A stretch of 64,000 bases of DNA from Desulfovibrio sp. (lineage in GTDB: Bacteria > Bacillota > Dethiobacteria > DTU022 > UBA8154), in the NCBI GenBank assembly GCA_020060185.1, contig JAGVAS010000056.1, positions 3,734-67,733 on the forward strand. The letters are read 5' to 3'. A model generated the notes under the pieces. The model searched no databases, was not told the origin of the DNA, and saw nothing but the letters and a program-made list of their open reading frames with translations. The translations under genes and the position numbers were made by a program. This document shows, in pieces, positions 38,642 through 48,048 of the stretch (position 1 is the first letter of the stretch; every line of letters begins with the position of its first letter).

Positions 38642-41059
38642 ATGAATAAAGTTTTTTCGCAAAAAAAGGGCGGTTCCAGGCATTATATCCCGGCCTTTGC
38701 CACGTTTTTTATAATCCTTATTTTTTTTGCCGGTTCCTTAAGTGGCTGCGCCAGGCAACAGGCACAGTTTTTGCCGGAAATTGCCGTTATCAGTGATACC
38801 AGGCTTGTCTCACGCACAAATGAGCGCTTTTTTGAGGTGTACCGTGACGGCGAGTGGGTCCCCCTGATTGTCAAAGGGGTAAACATCGGCACCGCCCTGC
38901 CGGGAAAACACTTCACCCAGTTTCCCATGACCAGAGAGGTTTACCAAAGCTGGCTGGAGCAGGTAGCCGAGCTCAATGCCAATACAATACGTCTCTACAC
39001 GCTCCTGGATCCTCTCTTCTACCAGGCTTTTCATGAATACAACCGCTCGGCAGAGCCAGCAAAAAGGTTGTGGCTCCTGCAGGAGATCTGGCCGGAAGAA
39101 AATGTCCCCGGAAAAAACTATTTCTCTCCCGATTATATGGAGGAGTATAAGCAGGAAATCCGCCATGTGATCGATGCGCTGCATGGGTCAGCAGAAATAC
39201 GGGCGCGAAGAGGAAGAGCCTTTGGTTCTTACCGGGCTGATGTTTCACCTTACCTCCTTGGTCTGCTCATCGGCAGGGAGCTGGAGCCGGACGAAGTGCT
39301 GCACACCAACACGGTCAATAAAGATTTAAATATATATGAAGGCCGTTTTCTCCAGGCCGCAGCCGGCTCCAACTCCACCGAAGTGTGGCTCGCCATGATG
39401 TGCGATTATGCCATGGAGTATGGACAGGAGGTTTACGGGTGGCAGCAGCCCGTTTCTTTCGTCAGCTGGCCGACTCTTGACCCCCTTGAACATCCGACGG
39501 AGTGGGAGCCACATGGCCTGCCATACAACGATATGGCCGAGGTGAACCCCGCACACCTCCAGGCTGGCCCTGACAACCTGGCCGGTTTTTTCGGCTCCTA
39601 CCATATCTATCCCAACTACCCTGACTTCATGAATAATGAACCCGAATACGATAAATATGTCGATGAAGAAGGCATTTTGCGCTACGGAGGTTACCTGCGG
39701 GACTTTATGGCCGTTCACCCTCCCTACCCGGCGCTGGTGGCAGAATTTGGCATGGCTACCGGTGTGGCTACAGCGCATGTGCATCCTCATGGGTTTGATC
39801 ACGGCGGCGTATCCGAACAGCAGCAGGGTGAAATGATCGTGCGCATGTTCAAAGCCATCCTCAGAGAAGGGTATGCCGGTGGTGTCATTTTCGAGTTAAT
39901 GGACGAATGGGCGAAAAAAACCTGGATAACCGAGCCGTACATGGTGCCCTTTGAGCGAAATATTTACTGGCAAAATGCTCTCTGCCCCGAGCAAAATTAC
40001 GGCCTTCTAGCCATGGAGTCAGCAAAAGTGCCCTTTTCTGAGACAAGCCCCCTCTATAACCAGGATGTAAACTTTATGCATAAGACAGAAAATACTGTGT
40101 CACCGGAAAAAGAGCAGAAAGTGCTGGGATTAAAAAGTCTCTGGGTGGACCATAATGAGACTTATCTTTACCTCGGTTTGGAGCTGGAGACAAGCGAAAG
40201 AGCATTAACGTCCGGCAATGCAGATGCCGGCGGGCGGTTTCTGCCGCCGGGCACCGGCCTGCTCATCGGGCTTGATACCTTTGGCCCCGAACGAGGGACC
40301 AAGCGCCTTCCCATTGGAGAGGAACATTCTCCACACGGCCTGGAATTTGTTATTCTCATAACCGCAGACGAAGAGGATGCGTGTTTACTCGTCACATCTT
40401 CATACAACCGCTCTAAACATAATTATTCCTCCCCGCCAAGCAACAGTTATCAAAATAATGTTGAGGAAAAATGGGAAAGCATACGCCCTCTGGTCAACAG
40501 GGAGCGCGTAGCTGAAGACGGCACTTACTTCCCCGCCATTTACAGCAACCAGAGCATCCTGAAGGGGGGTAACTTTTACCCCGAAGGAGAAGATTATAAT
40601 TCCCTGGCCCTGTATTATGCCAACGAAGACTCAGGGAGGCTGGAGCTGCGCCTTCCCTGGGCGCTGCTCGGTTTTTCAGACCCCTCTACCCGCCAGGTAA
40701 TTGATGATCCCCGGGAGCACAGGGAAAGCCCCCTTCGCGATGCGCTGCAGACCACTACCAGCCCTGGAATATCTATCTGCGCCCTTTCCTTTTCCTTTAC
40801 CCCCGTAGAAAAAGCCGGGACCCCCTTCCGGGATATTGAGGGGATCGAGCCTGGAGAGCTGCCGGCATTAGCCTTGGACTATCTCCCGCGAAATCCTTTC
40901 GGAACCGGCTTTTCTTTAACTCTACCTTTTTATACCTGGGAATTCTGGGAAGAGCCAGATTACAGGAGCAGACACAAGAAAAGCTTTCCTATTATCAGGG
41001 ATTTCTTCTCCGCACCGGACAGCTTTTTTATAGAATACCCCAGGACCACTACAGGCTAA
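38642..41059 (+). CDS. secreted lipoprotein, clan GH-A (TIM-barrel) glycoside hydrolase family (EPS-processing hydrolase candidate)
   Basis: Start revised to MNKVF.. (GGAGG RBS 6 nt upstream); signal peptide + lipobox LSGC; VKGVNIG.. ..NTIRLY, acid/base NEP motif (FMNNEPEY) and nucleophile AEFGMATG typical of GH5-like clan A enzymes. Confidence 0.55.
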   Translation: MNKVFSQKKGGSRHYIPAFATFFIILIFFAGSLSGCARQQAQFLPEIAVISDTRLVSRTNERFFEVYRDGEWVPLIVKGVNIGTALPGKHFTQFPMTREVYQSWLEQVAELNANTIRLYTLLDPLFYQAFHEYNRSAEPAKRLWLLQEIWPEENVPGKNYFSPDYMEEYKQEIRHVIDALHGSAEIRARRGRAFGSYRADVSPYLLGLLIGRELEPDEVLHTNTVNKDLNIYEGRFLQAAAGSNSTEVWLAMMCDYAMEYGQEVYGWQQPVSFVSWPTLDPLEHPTEWEPHGLPYNDMAEVNPAHLQAGPDNLAGFFGSYHIYPNYPDFMNNEPEYDKYVDEEGILRYGGYLRDFMAVHPPYPALVAEFGMATGVATAHVHPHGFDHGGVSEQQQGEMIVRMFKAILREGYAGGVIFELMDEWAKKTWITEPYMVPFERNIYWQNALCPEQNYGLLAMESAKVPFSETSPLYNQDVNFMHKTENTVSPEKEQKVLGLKSLWVDHNETYLYLGLELETSERALTSGNADAGGRFLPPGTGLLIGLDTFGPERGTKRLPIGEEHSPHGLEFVILITADEEDACLLVTSSYNRSKHNYSSPPSNSYQNNVEEKWESIRPLVNRERVAEDGTYFPAIYSNQSILKGGNFYPEGEDYNSLALYYANEDSGRLELRLPWALLGFSDPSTRQVIDDPREHRESPLRDALQTTTSPGISICALSFSFTPVEKAGTPFRDIEGIEPGELPALALDYLPRNPFGTGFSLTLPFYTWEFWEEPDYRSRHKKSFPIIRDFFSAPDSFFIEYPRTTTG

Positions 41060-41088
41060 AAATATTAAATATAATTAAAACCACAACC

Positions 41089-41277
41089 CTCGAGACGGTC
41101 CAGGGCTGGGTCGAACAGACAGAGGAAAACGATGAATGGCTGATCATGCTTTTCCACAGGATTGAAAAACCGGCTGATTATGAGACGAAGGTAACTCCCT
41201 CAACCTTCAAGGAGATTATTGATTACCTGGCAACAACGAACGTTATAGTAGTTACCATGTCAGATGCGTTTTGAAAG
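41089..41277 (+). pseudogene. C-terminal remnant (about 62 codons) of a polysaccharide deacetylase (CE4/NodB-like) gene
   Basis: Translation ..DEWLIMLFHRIEKPADYETKVTPSTFKEIIDYLATTNVIVVTMSDAF* resembles CE4 deacetylase C-termini (..ilmHd.....t...l..iidyl...gy.fvt..e); no start codon and a stop lies immediately upstream. Confidence 0.35.
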
Positions 41278-41519
41278 TGCCACTTCCTCAAAAGAACCGC
41301 AGCCCTTTTCCCGGCGAGCATTTTTCTTGGATGCATGCACAACCAGTGCCGTCTCGTACTCCGCGGAGCTATGGAGAAAAGATTGTACCCGACTTCGCGA
41401 ACTCGCTTCGCTCGATGATTCAATGAGGAGCTCTGCCCCACTGAATTATAAGGTTTTATAATTAACTATGCTGAATTCAGCTCCCATCTATAGAAGTGGG
41501 AGACCTATTCTGGCCTTGG

Positions 41520-42386
41520 TTAAAGCTCTTCCTTCTCCCTTTTGGCCAGATGTTTGCCCCGCCAGATCAGCCATCCTGCAGCCAGAGCGGTGATAAGCCA
41601 ACCTGTGTTTACAGCGCTGCTCGAACCGTATCTCATACTGACAGCGTGCCTACCGGGCGGCAAAATTAACAGGACCAGGTTCTCATGTCTGTACGCGGTG
41701 ATGGGCTCACCATCAAGATAAACATGCCACCTAGGAGTATAGGTGACCGATATGATTACAGGTTGAGTTTCTAATGACTCATACTCGAACTCAACGCCCT
41801 TGTGATCCCAGCGCGTCCAAATAGTCTCGAAAGGCTCAGGGATTATTTCTTTTCGAGGCTTTCCAAGATCAAGAAGCGGTTCTAAAAGCCGGCGAGCTTC
41901 TTCTTTAAATTCAGGTTTAATGAGTCTTGGAATATGCAAGCCAGTAAAGTATATTTCTCCTTCCGGGATCTGCTTTACACCACAAACGGCATAAACACTT
42001 TTTTCTTCACCGAACACACCTTTTTCCTCGTCAAGGGTAAGCATTACTGAACCCAATTTTCTATAAACAGCACCTTGTCCTTCTTTTAAATGAATTAAAT
42101 GAATATCCATTTCGCTTTTATAAAAATTTGAACTCTCATCCGTGGGAACAAGGTTTACTACTCCGCTCACAGGCTTTTCAAAGCGCCACACATTAAATAT
42201 CTCCGGAATCGTGCCAGTTGCTGAAAGGTCCAGAATAACAGTTTTCCCTTTGTCTACCCACCTTTTAATACGCTTCTCCAGCTCTGCAATATTCAGTTCG
42301 GGGAGATCATACAGATAGATAACGTTAAAAAGATCGACGTATTCTTCATCATATTTCAGGGGGTTTGCCACCCTCCCCTCGGTCAC
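41520..42386 (-). CDS. C-terminal extracytoplasmic domain + TM anchor paralog of the PTPS-related membrane protein (3' part of a frameshift-split gene)
   Basis: 288 aa; NVIYLYDLPELNIAELEKRIKRWVDKGKTVILDLSATG parallels SVILYGAKWSSKTRAEQVILDYAASG in 48045..51506, and the C-terminus ..DGEPITAYRHENLVLLILPPGRHAV parallels ..NGEPWPYEIYENLLRLKIPAGDHEI. The ORF continues upstream without a start (..EEAAINYVARLFPWVTEG) to a stop in the +1 frame relative to 42412..44130. Confidence 0.6.
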   Translation of the reverse strand: MTEGRVANPLKYDEEYVDLFNVIYLYDLPELNIAELEKRIKRWVDKGKTVILDLSATGTIPEIFNVWRFEKPVSGVVNLVPTDESSNFYKSEMDIHLIHLKEGQGAVYRKLGSVMLTLDEEKGVFGEEKSVYAVCGVKQIPEGEIYFTGLHIPRLIKPEFKEEARRLLEPLLDLGKPRKEIIPEPFETIWTRWDHKGVEFEYESLETQPVIISVTYTPRWHVYLDGEPITAYRHENLVLLILPPGRHAVSMRYGSSSAVNTGWLITALAAGWLIWRGKHLAKREKEEL

Positions 42387-42411
42387 CCACGGAAAGAGCC
42401 GCGCTACGTAA

Positions 42412-44130
42412 TTAATAGCTGCTTCTTCCTATAACAAGCACGTCGGAATGCAGCTTCATGAAATAGGTGGAAGGGTGATCCGTAGTGACTACCACAGCAT
42501 CTTCATTTTGAGCCAGATACGACCAATCATTCAGGTAGAGATAATCCGACATACTCTGGAGAAAATCATAACCGCGGTCTAGAACAACTGCTCGTGTGTT
42601 CCACAAATACCAATTTCTCAGCATGTACTGATAATAGCCTTCATGGTAGGCGATGTTATGATTGACAAGGGTATAAGAATGAACAGTGCCTTCAATATTC
42701 CAACCAATTGAAGTGTTGAACCCATATTTAACCGGGAAAAAGGCCATTTCTCCACCCGAATGTGGGAGTTCTGCAGTAAGGCGACCCTTTTCAAACGGAT
42801 TTTTTCCGGTTGTCGGGACAGCATCAATAAGAAACCGTAATCTAGCATAGTCTGAAGGTGGGTTGAGAGGAACGAGGGGAGAAGATACAATAATGATTAT
42901 TACGATGACAATCGCAGGGACAATGCCAAGGGATTTCTTTATATCGGGATCTTTAAACCATCCGGTAAAAACTCTAGCAACCCCCTGAGCAAAAAAACTT
43001 ACCAGTATCGCCGCAGGGAGATCCGCAGCATGTAAAAAACGTAGAGGCACCAAGCTCTTTTCTCCCAGCGGCAAGAGCAAGTAAATTGGATTTTTCGGCC
43101 CTAAAGTTAAAGATGTTGTCACTACCCATACAACTACTAGCCCTAACCAGATAAAACGATCTTTATAAAAAAGAAACCCTAACAGTGCACCAAGAAGGGT
43201 TAGAAAAAAATAATAGAAATAAGGGGACCCAGGGTTTAAAAAAAAATCAACCGTAAGCATACTTTCGGCCCCCCGCGGCAGTGGCCAGGGAACACCCGGG
43301 GTTTCCCACTGGAAAACTCCTGGTACAGCCCAGAAGCCAGTCAAAGCTATACCTGTTAAAGCAGCTTCCGCAATTAAGATCAACCTTTTCCAATATAAAG
43401 GTAATTTCAGGCGCCAGATCATACAAAACAATACAACCCCGGCAAATTGTATATAAGCATGCATAGCATGAGTCATGGCCAGTAATGCCATATAAATGCA
43501 GGAGTATAGCCAGTTGCGGGTGCATGGTTTTTCGCATAAATTTATCATTTGCGCAAGTAAAAGGGGATAAAGAGGGAGAGAGAGCGCCCTTCCCAATGTT
43601 CCATCAATGAAAACTGACGAAAGGGTGTAATGACTGAGAGAGTACAGGAGTGCAGCATTTATTCCAACAACAACATCTCCACCCAGTTTCTTTGCAAGCT
43701 GGGCTGTAAAAAGGCCACCCAGGAAGAGGGATACCCAAGTAAACACTTTAAAAGTCATCATAATATTTCCAGTAAGAAGTTGTATAAAGGCGCCAACCCA
43801 TTTGCTTAAAGGAGGGTAGTACTGAACGAGGGTTGAGCCCATGTACCACTCCGGAAACCAATCGGAAAACTGCAGGTGACGCCAGCGCTCCGCCAGGTAC
43901 TCAACCTTGGTCAGGTGGCCCAACGTGTCAACGCCGGTTGGGAAAAGATCGTTAGAGGCACTTAAAATTGGCCACATGACAACAGTGCAGGCAATTGCTA
44001 TTATTGGTACTACATAGTGCCAGTATAGCACATCGGAGTTTAGTAAGGATTTATTACTCTTTAGCTCCCGTTTGTTAAATTGAACTGATAGATTTTTAGA
44101 AGCATCCATGGTAATTTTCTCCTGCTGCAT
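42412..44130 (-). CDS. polytopic membrane domain paralog of the PTPS-related membrane protein (5' part of the frameshift-split gene; lacks DivIVA and PTPS-like domains)
   Basis: 572 aa; SNDLFPTGVDTLGHLTKVEYLAERW parallels PWGSDAWGHLLKAEFLYEQ in 48045..51506; ends ..DVLVIGRSSY* exactly where the fused paralog continues ..DVLVIGEYAPTIALMF. Confidence 0.6.
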   Translation of the reverse strand: MQQEKITMDASKNLSVQFNKRELKSNKSLLNSDVLYWHYVVPIIAIACTVVMWPILSASNDLFPTGVDTLGHLTKVEYLAERWRHLQFSDWFPEWYMGSTLVQYYPPLSKWVGAFIQLLTGNIMMTFKVFTWVSLFLGGLFTAQLAKKLGGDVVVGINAALLYSLSHYTLSSVFIDGTLGRALSLPLYPLLLAQMINLCEKPCTRNWLYSCIYMALLAMTHAMHAYIQFAGVVLFCMIWRLKLPLYWKRLILIAEAALTGIALTGFWAVPGVFQWETPGVPWPLPRGAESMLTVDFFLNPGSPYFYYFFLTLLGALLGFLFYKDRFIWLGLVVVWVVTTSLTLGPKNPIYLLLPLGEKSLVPLRFLHAADLPAAILVSFFAQGVARVFTGWFKDPDIKKSLGIVPAIVIVIIIIVSSPLVPLNPPSDYARLRFLIDAVPTTGKNPFEKGRLTAELPHSGGEMAFFPVKYGFNTSIGWNIEGTVHSYTLVNHNIAYHEGYYQYMLRNWYLWNTRAVVLDRGYDFLQSMSDYLYLNDWSYLAQNEDAVVVTTDHPSTYFMKLHSDVLVIGRSSY

Positions 44131-44220
44131 ATACAGTGCAGCAACAATACCAATAAAATACCAATAAAGTGTTAGTAAGCGTTTAAAGGCGGTTTCGGTA
44201 AAAATTCTTCCGTGATGACG

Positions 44221-44586
44221 TTACTGCTGTAGAAAAAAAACACCTATACTAACAAGGACCATTCCGATAACCTTTGTTAGAGTAACTGTTTCCTTAAAAA
44301 GTAAAACAGAAAATACAAATACAATAATATAAGATAAACTGATACTGGGGTAAGCTTTACTTAGTTCCATGGTCGATATTACTTTAATCCACAGGATCAT
44401 GCTTGCAACAAAAAAACAAATGCCAGTTATTATCCACGGGCTGCGGAAAATATTTAAAAGTGTAAAAGGAATCGCTGACCACTCCAGATTAATCTCACCC
44501 ATTCTCTCTGTTGCGTATTTCAGCAAGATTTGACCGGATGCCCCCAGGAAAATGGCAATAAATAGTAACATCAAACTGGATTTCAA
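44221..44586 (-). CDS. 4-TM EamA/SMR-like small membrane protein (putative lipid-linked sugar flippase), copy B
   Basis: 121 aa; paralog of 28537..28914 (ASGQILLKYA, KVISTMELSKAYP). Confidence 0.55.
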   Translation of the reverse strand: MKSSLMLLFIAIFLGASGQILLKYATERMGEINLEWSAIPFTLLNIFRSPWIITGICFFVASMILWIKVISTMELSKAYPSISLSYIIVFVFSVLLFKETVTLTKVIGMVLVSIGVFFLQQ

Positions 44587-44654
44587 ATGTTTTACCCCTT
44601 TCTGTTTTAGAAATATACAGCTACAGCAGAATTGTTTTTAAGACTGCTGCTATG

Positions 44655-45437
44655 TTAAGAAATCCGCAGCCCTTTTCCCAGCGGACATTTTTCTTTTGGG
44701 AGCGTGCACAGTTTGAGACTGTCACGTATTGTGGCTGCAATGCCAAGTTTACTGCGGCTTTTCTTGCGGTTGTACTGCAGCACCATGGGAACCTCACTTA
44801 TTTTCCGGCAAAGGGTTGCCAGCTTTAACAGAAGCTCAACAGTTGCCGAAAAGGTGCTGGACACCAGTAAGGAGCCATCAACTCTGTTACAGGCATTTTT
44901 TATCAGTTCTGCCCTGTAAGCACGAAAATTAACGGTGTAATCGCTTACGCCGGCAAGAGGAAAAATCAGGCCATAGTATTTCCTTGCCCCAAAGCTTAAA
45001 AGGCGGCGAAAAAAGGGGACCCCTACCTGCCCTCCACCCTTGGTGAAACGGGAGGCAATCGCTATTTCTGCTCCGTTCAGGACTGTCTTTACCAGAGCGC
45101 CGATGAGTTCGCCGGGGTGGGTGGCATCAGCGTCCATGGTCACGATACACGAAGCATTCATCCTTACGGCCTCGTAAAAACCCGTCAAGATAGCCTGTCC
45201 CAAGCCTTTATTTTCTGTATGAGACAGTATTGTAACCTTGGAATCAGCTTTTGCCCACTCTATAACTTTCTGCAGAGTTGCATCCCTGCTCCCGTCATTA
45301 ATGATAATTATGCGGTAATCGCATCCTTTAGGCAGTGATATGCCGCACTCAAACATGCTGCGCAGCGCCGGAACAGACAGCTCCTCGTTATACATGGGTA
45401 AAATTATAGCAACGAGTCTCTCTATCAACTTTATCAC
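44655..45437 (-). CDS. GT2 polyprenyl-phosphate glycosyltransferase (DPM1/ArnC-like), copy B
   Basis: 260 aa; same motifs as copy A. Confidence 0.8.
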   Translation of the reverse strand: MIKLIERLVAIILPMYNEELSVPALRSMFECGISLPKGCDYRIIIINDGSRDATLQKVIEWAKADSKVTILSHTENKGLGQAILTGFYEAVRMNASCIVTMDADATHPGELIGALVKTVLNGAEIAIASRFTKGGGQVGVPFFRRLLSFGARKYYGLIFPLAGVSDYTVNFRAYRAELIKNACNRVDGSLLVSSTFSATVELLLKLATLCRKISEVPMVLQYNRKKSRSKLGIAATIRDSLKLCTLPKEKCPLGKGLRIS

Positions 45438-45449
45438 CTCATTGACAAG

Positions 45450-46850
45450 TCAGTTTACAACCCGCTTTCCACCTTTGCTTATTTTAGATTTTCCGGGAGA
45501 GGTAAAGAGAGTTTTCAGTGAAAGATGATATTCTCTAAAAACATCCTTGAGCTGGGCAACAGGGTTTTCCACCCTCCAGCTTTTGGCTTCCGTTAAAACC
45601 AAGATTATCCCGGCCAGCCTGAACCAGTAAACGAGATACCTGAAAAAAGGAACTAAAAAAACTATCCACCAAATTTTTTTCACGTCTTTTTTGAAGTCTT
45701 CCGGACTGGCCCTGTAGTATACGAGCAGGCTGAGAGCATCCAAAAGAAAGTAGCAGAAAAAAAGTATGGCTATGAAGAAAAATACAGTTTGCAATGCATA
45801 ACCCAAGAAGTAGAGAAAAAAGATTAAAAATGTCCAGGTGAGCCGGGTGAGAGCCAGCGTATGATCAGTGAGGAACATACGGCCTATATAATCCCACAAT
45901 TTTAATGCCGGGCCCTTGCTCCCCGCCGAATGGATGGCCACTGTTTCTATTTCTCCCCGCTGCCAGCGCGCCCTTTGGGCATACAAGCTTGCAAGTGACT
46001 TGACTGGCTCAACGTAAGCAACTGAGTCCAAAATAGCTCCCACGCGGTATTTCTTTTGGGGAGAGACTTTTTTGATCTGAAAAGTCAGGTCGGTATCTTC
46101 GGACACGGTGCGCTCCTGGTACATGAATGACTGCATAAGTACATCCCGCCGGAATGCAGAGAAGGCGCCGGAGAGGGTAAACAGAGTGTTCTTAATGTCC
46201 TGGTAACGGCGGCCAATATTAAAAGCAAGCATATACTCTACGACTTCACAGTAGTTAATAATATCCATGAAGGAAAAACCTTTTCCCAGCTCTTTATCTA
46301 CCCTGATATAACCTGTCGCAGCAGCCAGTGTGCTGTCTTCTTCAAAAGTCCGGGCTACCTTCATAAGGGCTTCCTCGTCCAGCCAGGCGTCGGAATCCAC
46401 GTTTATAATATAAGTGCCTTGGGCTGAATAAATCCCCGCATTTAAAGCAATTGATTTGCTGGGCCTATTAAGGGAGATCCAGAGGGTATTAATTTCGGGG
46501 TGAGCAAATTGAAAGCGCTGAAAAACTTCAAAACTGTTGTCCTGGCTGCCGTTGTTGACACAGATAATCTGTATTTTTTCCTTTGGGTAGTTCTGCATAT
46601 AAATTGACTCCAGACATTTAAAAAGCGTTTTCTCGGAGTTGTAAACAGGAACAATAACGGTTATAAACGGCTGATGAAGCTCGCAGCTCAGCGGTGGGTC
46701 TTGTTTTTCTCTCTTCGAATGAACATAAAGGCCCCAAAAACAGTTTACTGCCGCGGATACATCCACCAGGAGCGGGGCAAGCAGCCAGATGCCCCAGAAA
46801 AGTATAAAACGAAGAGAAATATCCCATAAAACTTCAGGCATTTTCAACAT
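45450..46850 (-). CDS. processive GT2 beta-glycan synthase (QxxRW), copy B
   Basis: 466 aa; ITVIVPVYNSE, NVDSDAW, SEDTD, QRARWQRGEIE. Confidence 0.8.
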   Translation of the reverse strand: MLKMPEVLWDISLRFILFWGIWLLAPLLVDVSAAVNCFWGLYVHSKREKQDPPLSCELHQPFITVIVPVYNSEKTLFKCLESIYMQNYPKEKIQIICVNNGSQDNSFEVFQRFQFAHPEINTLWISLNRPSKSIALNAGIYSAQGTYIINVDSDAWLDEEALMKVARTFEEDSTLAAATGYIRVDKELGKGFSFMDIINYCEVVEYMLAFNIGRRYQDIKNTLFTLSGAFSAFRRDVLMQSFMYQERTVSEDTDLTFQIKKVSPQKKYRVGAILDSVAYVEPVKSLASLYAQRARWQRGEIETVAIHSAGSKGPALKLWDYIGRMFLTDHTLALTRLTWTFLIFFLYFLGYALQTVFFFIAILFFCYFLLDALSLLVYYRASPEDFKKDVKKIWWIVFLVPFFRYLVYWFRLAGIILVLTEAKSWRVENPVAQLKDVFREYHLSLKTLFTSPGKSKISKGGKRVVN

Positions 46851-48048
46851 CCTCCTTGACTCTTACCAATGTGGGCCGCGTCATGAGATGCCAGTAAATC
46901 AGCACAATAAAAAAGAAAAAGAGAATACGCCCAAACAGGGTATGGGCCAGAAAATTAAAATTCCTGCCGAAGCTGTAAATAATAGCTACAATTATCATCA
47001 AGCGCACCATGTTAAAAGAAAGCAGCGCAGCGACCCCTACCAATGAATAAAGAATTCTTTTGGAAAGCCTGCAGACAGGATAAAAGAGGATCAAGCCTAA
47101 AAAAACACCGATCTCCAGGATGCCTGAGCTTTCAATATCTATGTCTATTGTTGTCCAGCTTTCATCGATCTTGATAAACACCAGGATTGTGCCAGGAGCT
47201 TTATCAAAAACAAAGGTTATAATATCAAAATAATTCAGTAAATGGTGGAGAGCCAGGCCGGTCAGGTGCTCGATACGGTACTCTAGAAGCGAGCCACGGA
47301 AAAGCAGAATAAACAGGAAAGTAAAGCCTACCGCGCTCCATATGTAATAGAAAAGCCAGATACGGTGCCGGTATAGTATAAATGAACCTGTCAGCCAGCA
47401 CAGGGCCAGAAATGTTATCCATATCCTGTTCCTTACGACAACTGGAAATGGTTTCCATTGAATATCTCCTTCCGAGGGGATTCGGTCGTCTTGAAGAACG
47501 GCAGTGGAAAGATAAAACCTGATATACTGGGCGGGGTAGACATGGAGGTCGGCCATGGGAATACTAAATTCAAAGCAGCTGCCGCCGCTTATGGACCCTT
47601 CTCCCCAGTCCCCCTCGTAGGTAGAAAGCAGCTTTCCCTGTGACGAGTACAGCTCTACAAGCACTTCCCCTGTATCATAAGTCGGTTCATACAATACTTT
47701 CGCAAACTTGTCAATGGCGTTATTATAGCTGCCGTTATCGTTAATATCCAAATTAAGCCTGCACACATAGCTGCTCCCTTCTTTAACTGGCTCGCGCAGC
47801 TCTACCATGAAATAGAGGATTCTTTCATTTTCATTGGTTCCCCAGGACATTGATTTAAGTCTTCTGCTTTTTGAAGCGTCGTCTTTAAAGTCGATGTGGT
47901 AGGAAGTGCGCCCTTTCCAGTCGTCAAATTGCCCGTCCAGCCGTATTTTTTGTAGAAATAAAGACCCCGGGGGCCACAGTAATATTAGCGCCACACATAT
48001 TGCCGTTATGATAAAATAAAAAAGGCGCATATCAGATCCTAACCTCAC
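46834..48048 (-). CDS. membrane protein partner of the GT2 synthase: N-terminal TM + roughly 190 aa extracytoplasmic domain + C-terminal 6-TM domain; family unknown
   Basis: 404 aa intact; translationally coupled to the upstream (4-nt overlap) and downstream (17-nt overlap) genes; C-terminal FNMVRLMII...NFNFLAHTLFGR motif. Confidence 0.5.
   Translation of the reverse strand: MRLGSDMRLFYFIITAICVALILLWPPGSLFLQKIRLDGQFDDWKGRTSYHIDFKDDASKSRRLKSMSWGTNENERILYFMVELREPVKEGSSYVCRLNLDINDNGSYNNAIDKFAKVLYEPTYDTGEVLVELYSSQGKLLSTYEGDWGEGSISGGSCFEFSIPMADLHVYPAQYIRFYLSTAVLQDDRIPSEGDIQWKPFPVVVRNRIWITFLALCWLTGSFILYRHRIWLFYYIWSAVGFTFLFILLFRGSLLEYRIEHLTGLALHHLLNYFDIITFVFDKAPGTILVFIKIDESWTTIDIDIESSGILEIGVFLGLILFYPVCRLSKRILYSLVGVAALLSFNMVRLMIIVAIIYSFGRNFNFLAHTLFGRILFFFFIVLIYWHLMTRPTLVRVKEDVENA

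Noticed and set aside
46834-48048. Exosortase/archaeosortase assignment for the 404-aa membrane protein (N..R and H...G motifs in C-terminal helices)
   Set aside because: The candidate Cys is not conserved between the two paralogs, and there is no PEP-CTERM substrate or recognisable exosortase signature. It is left as unknown family.
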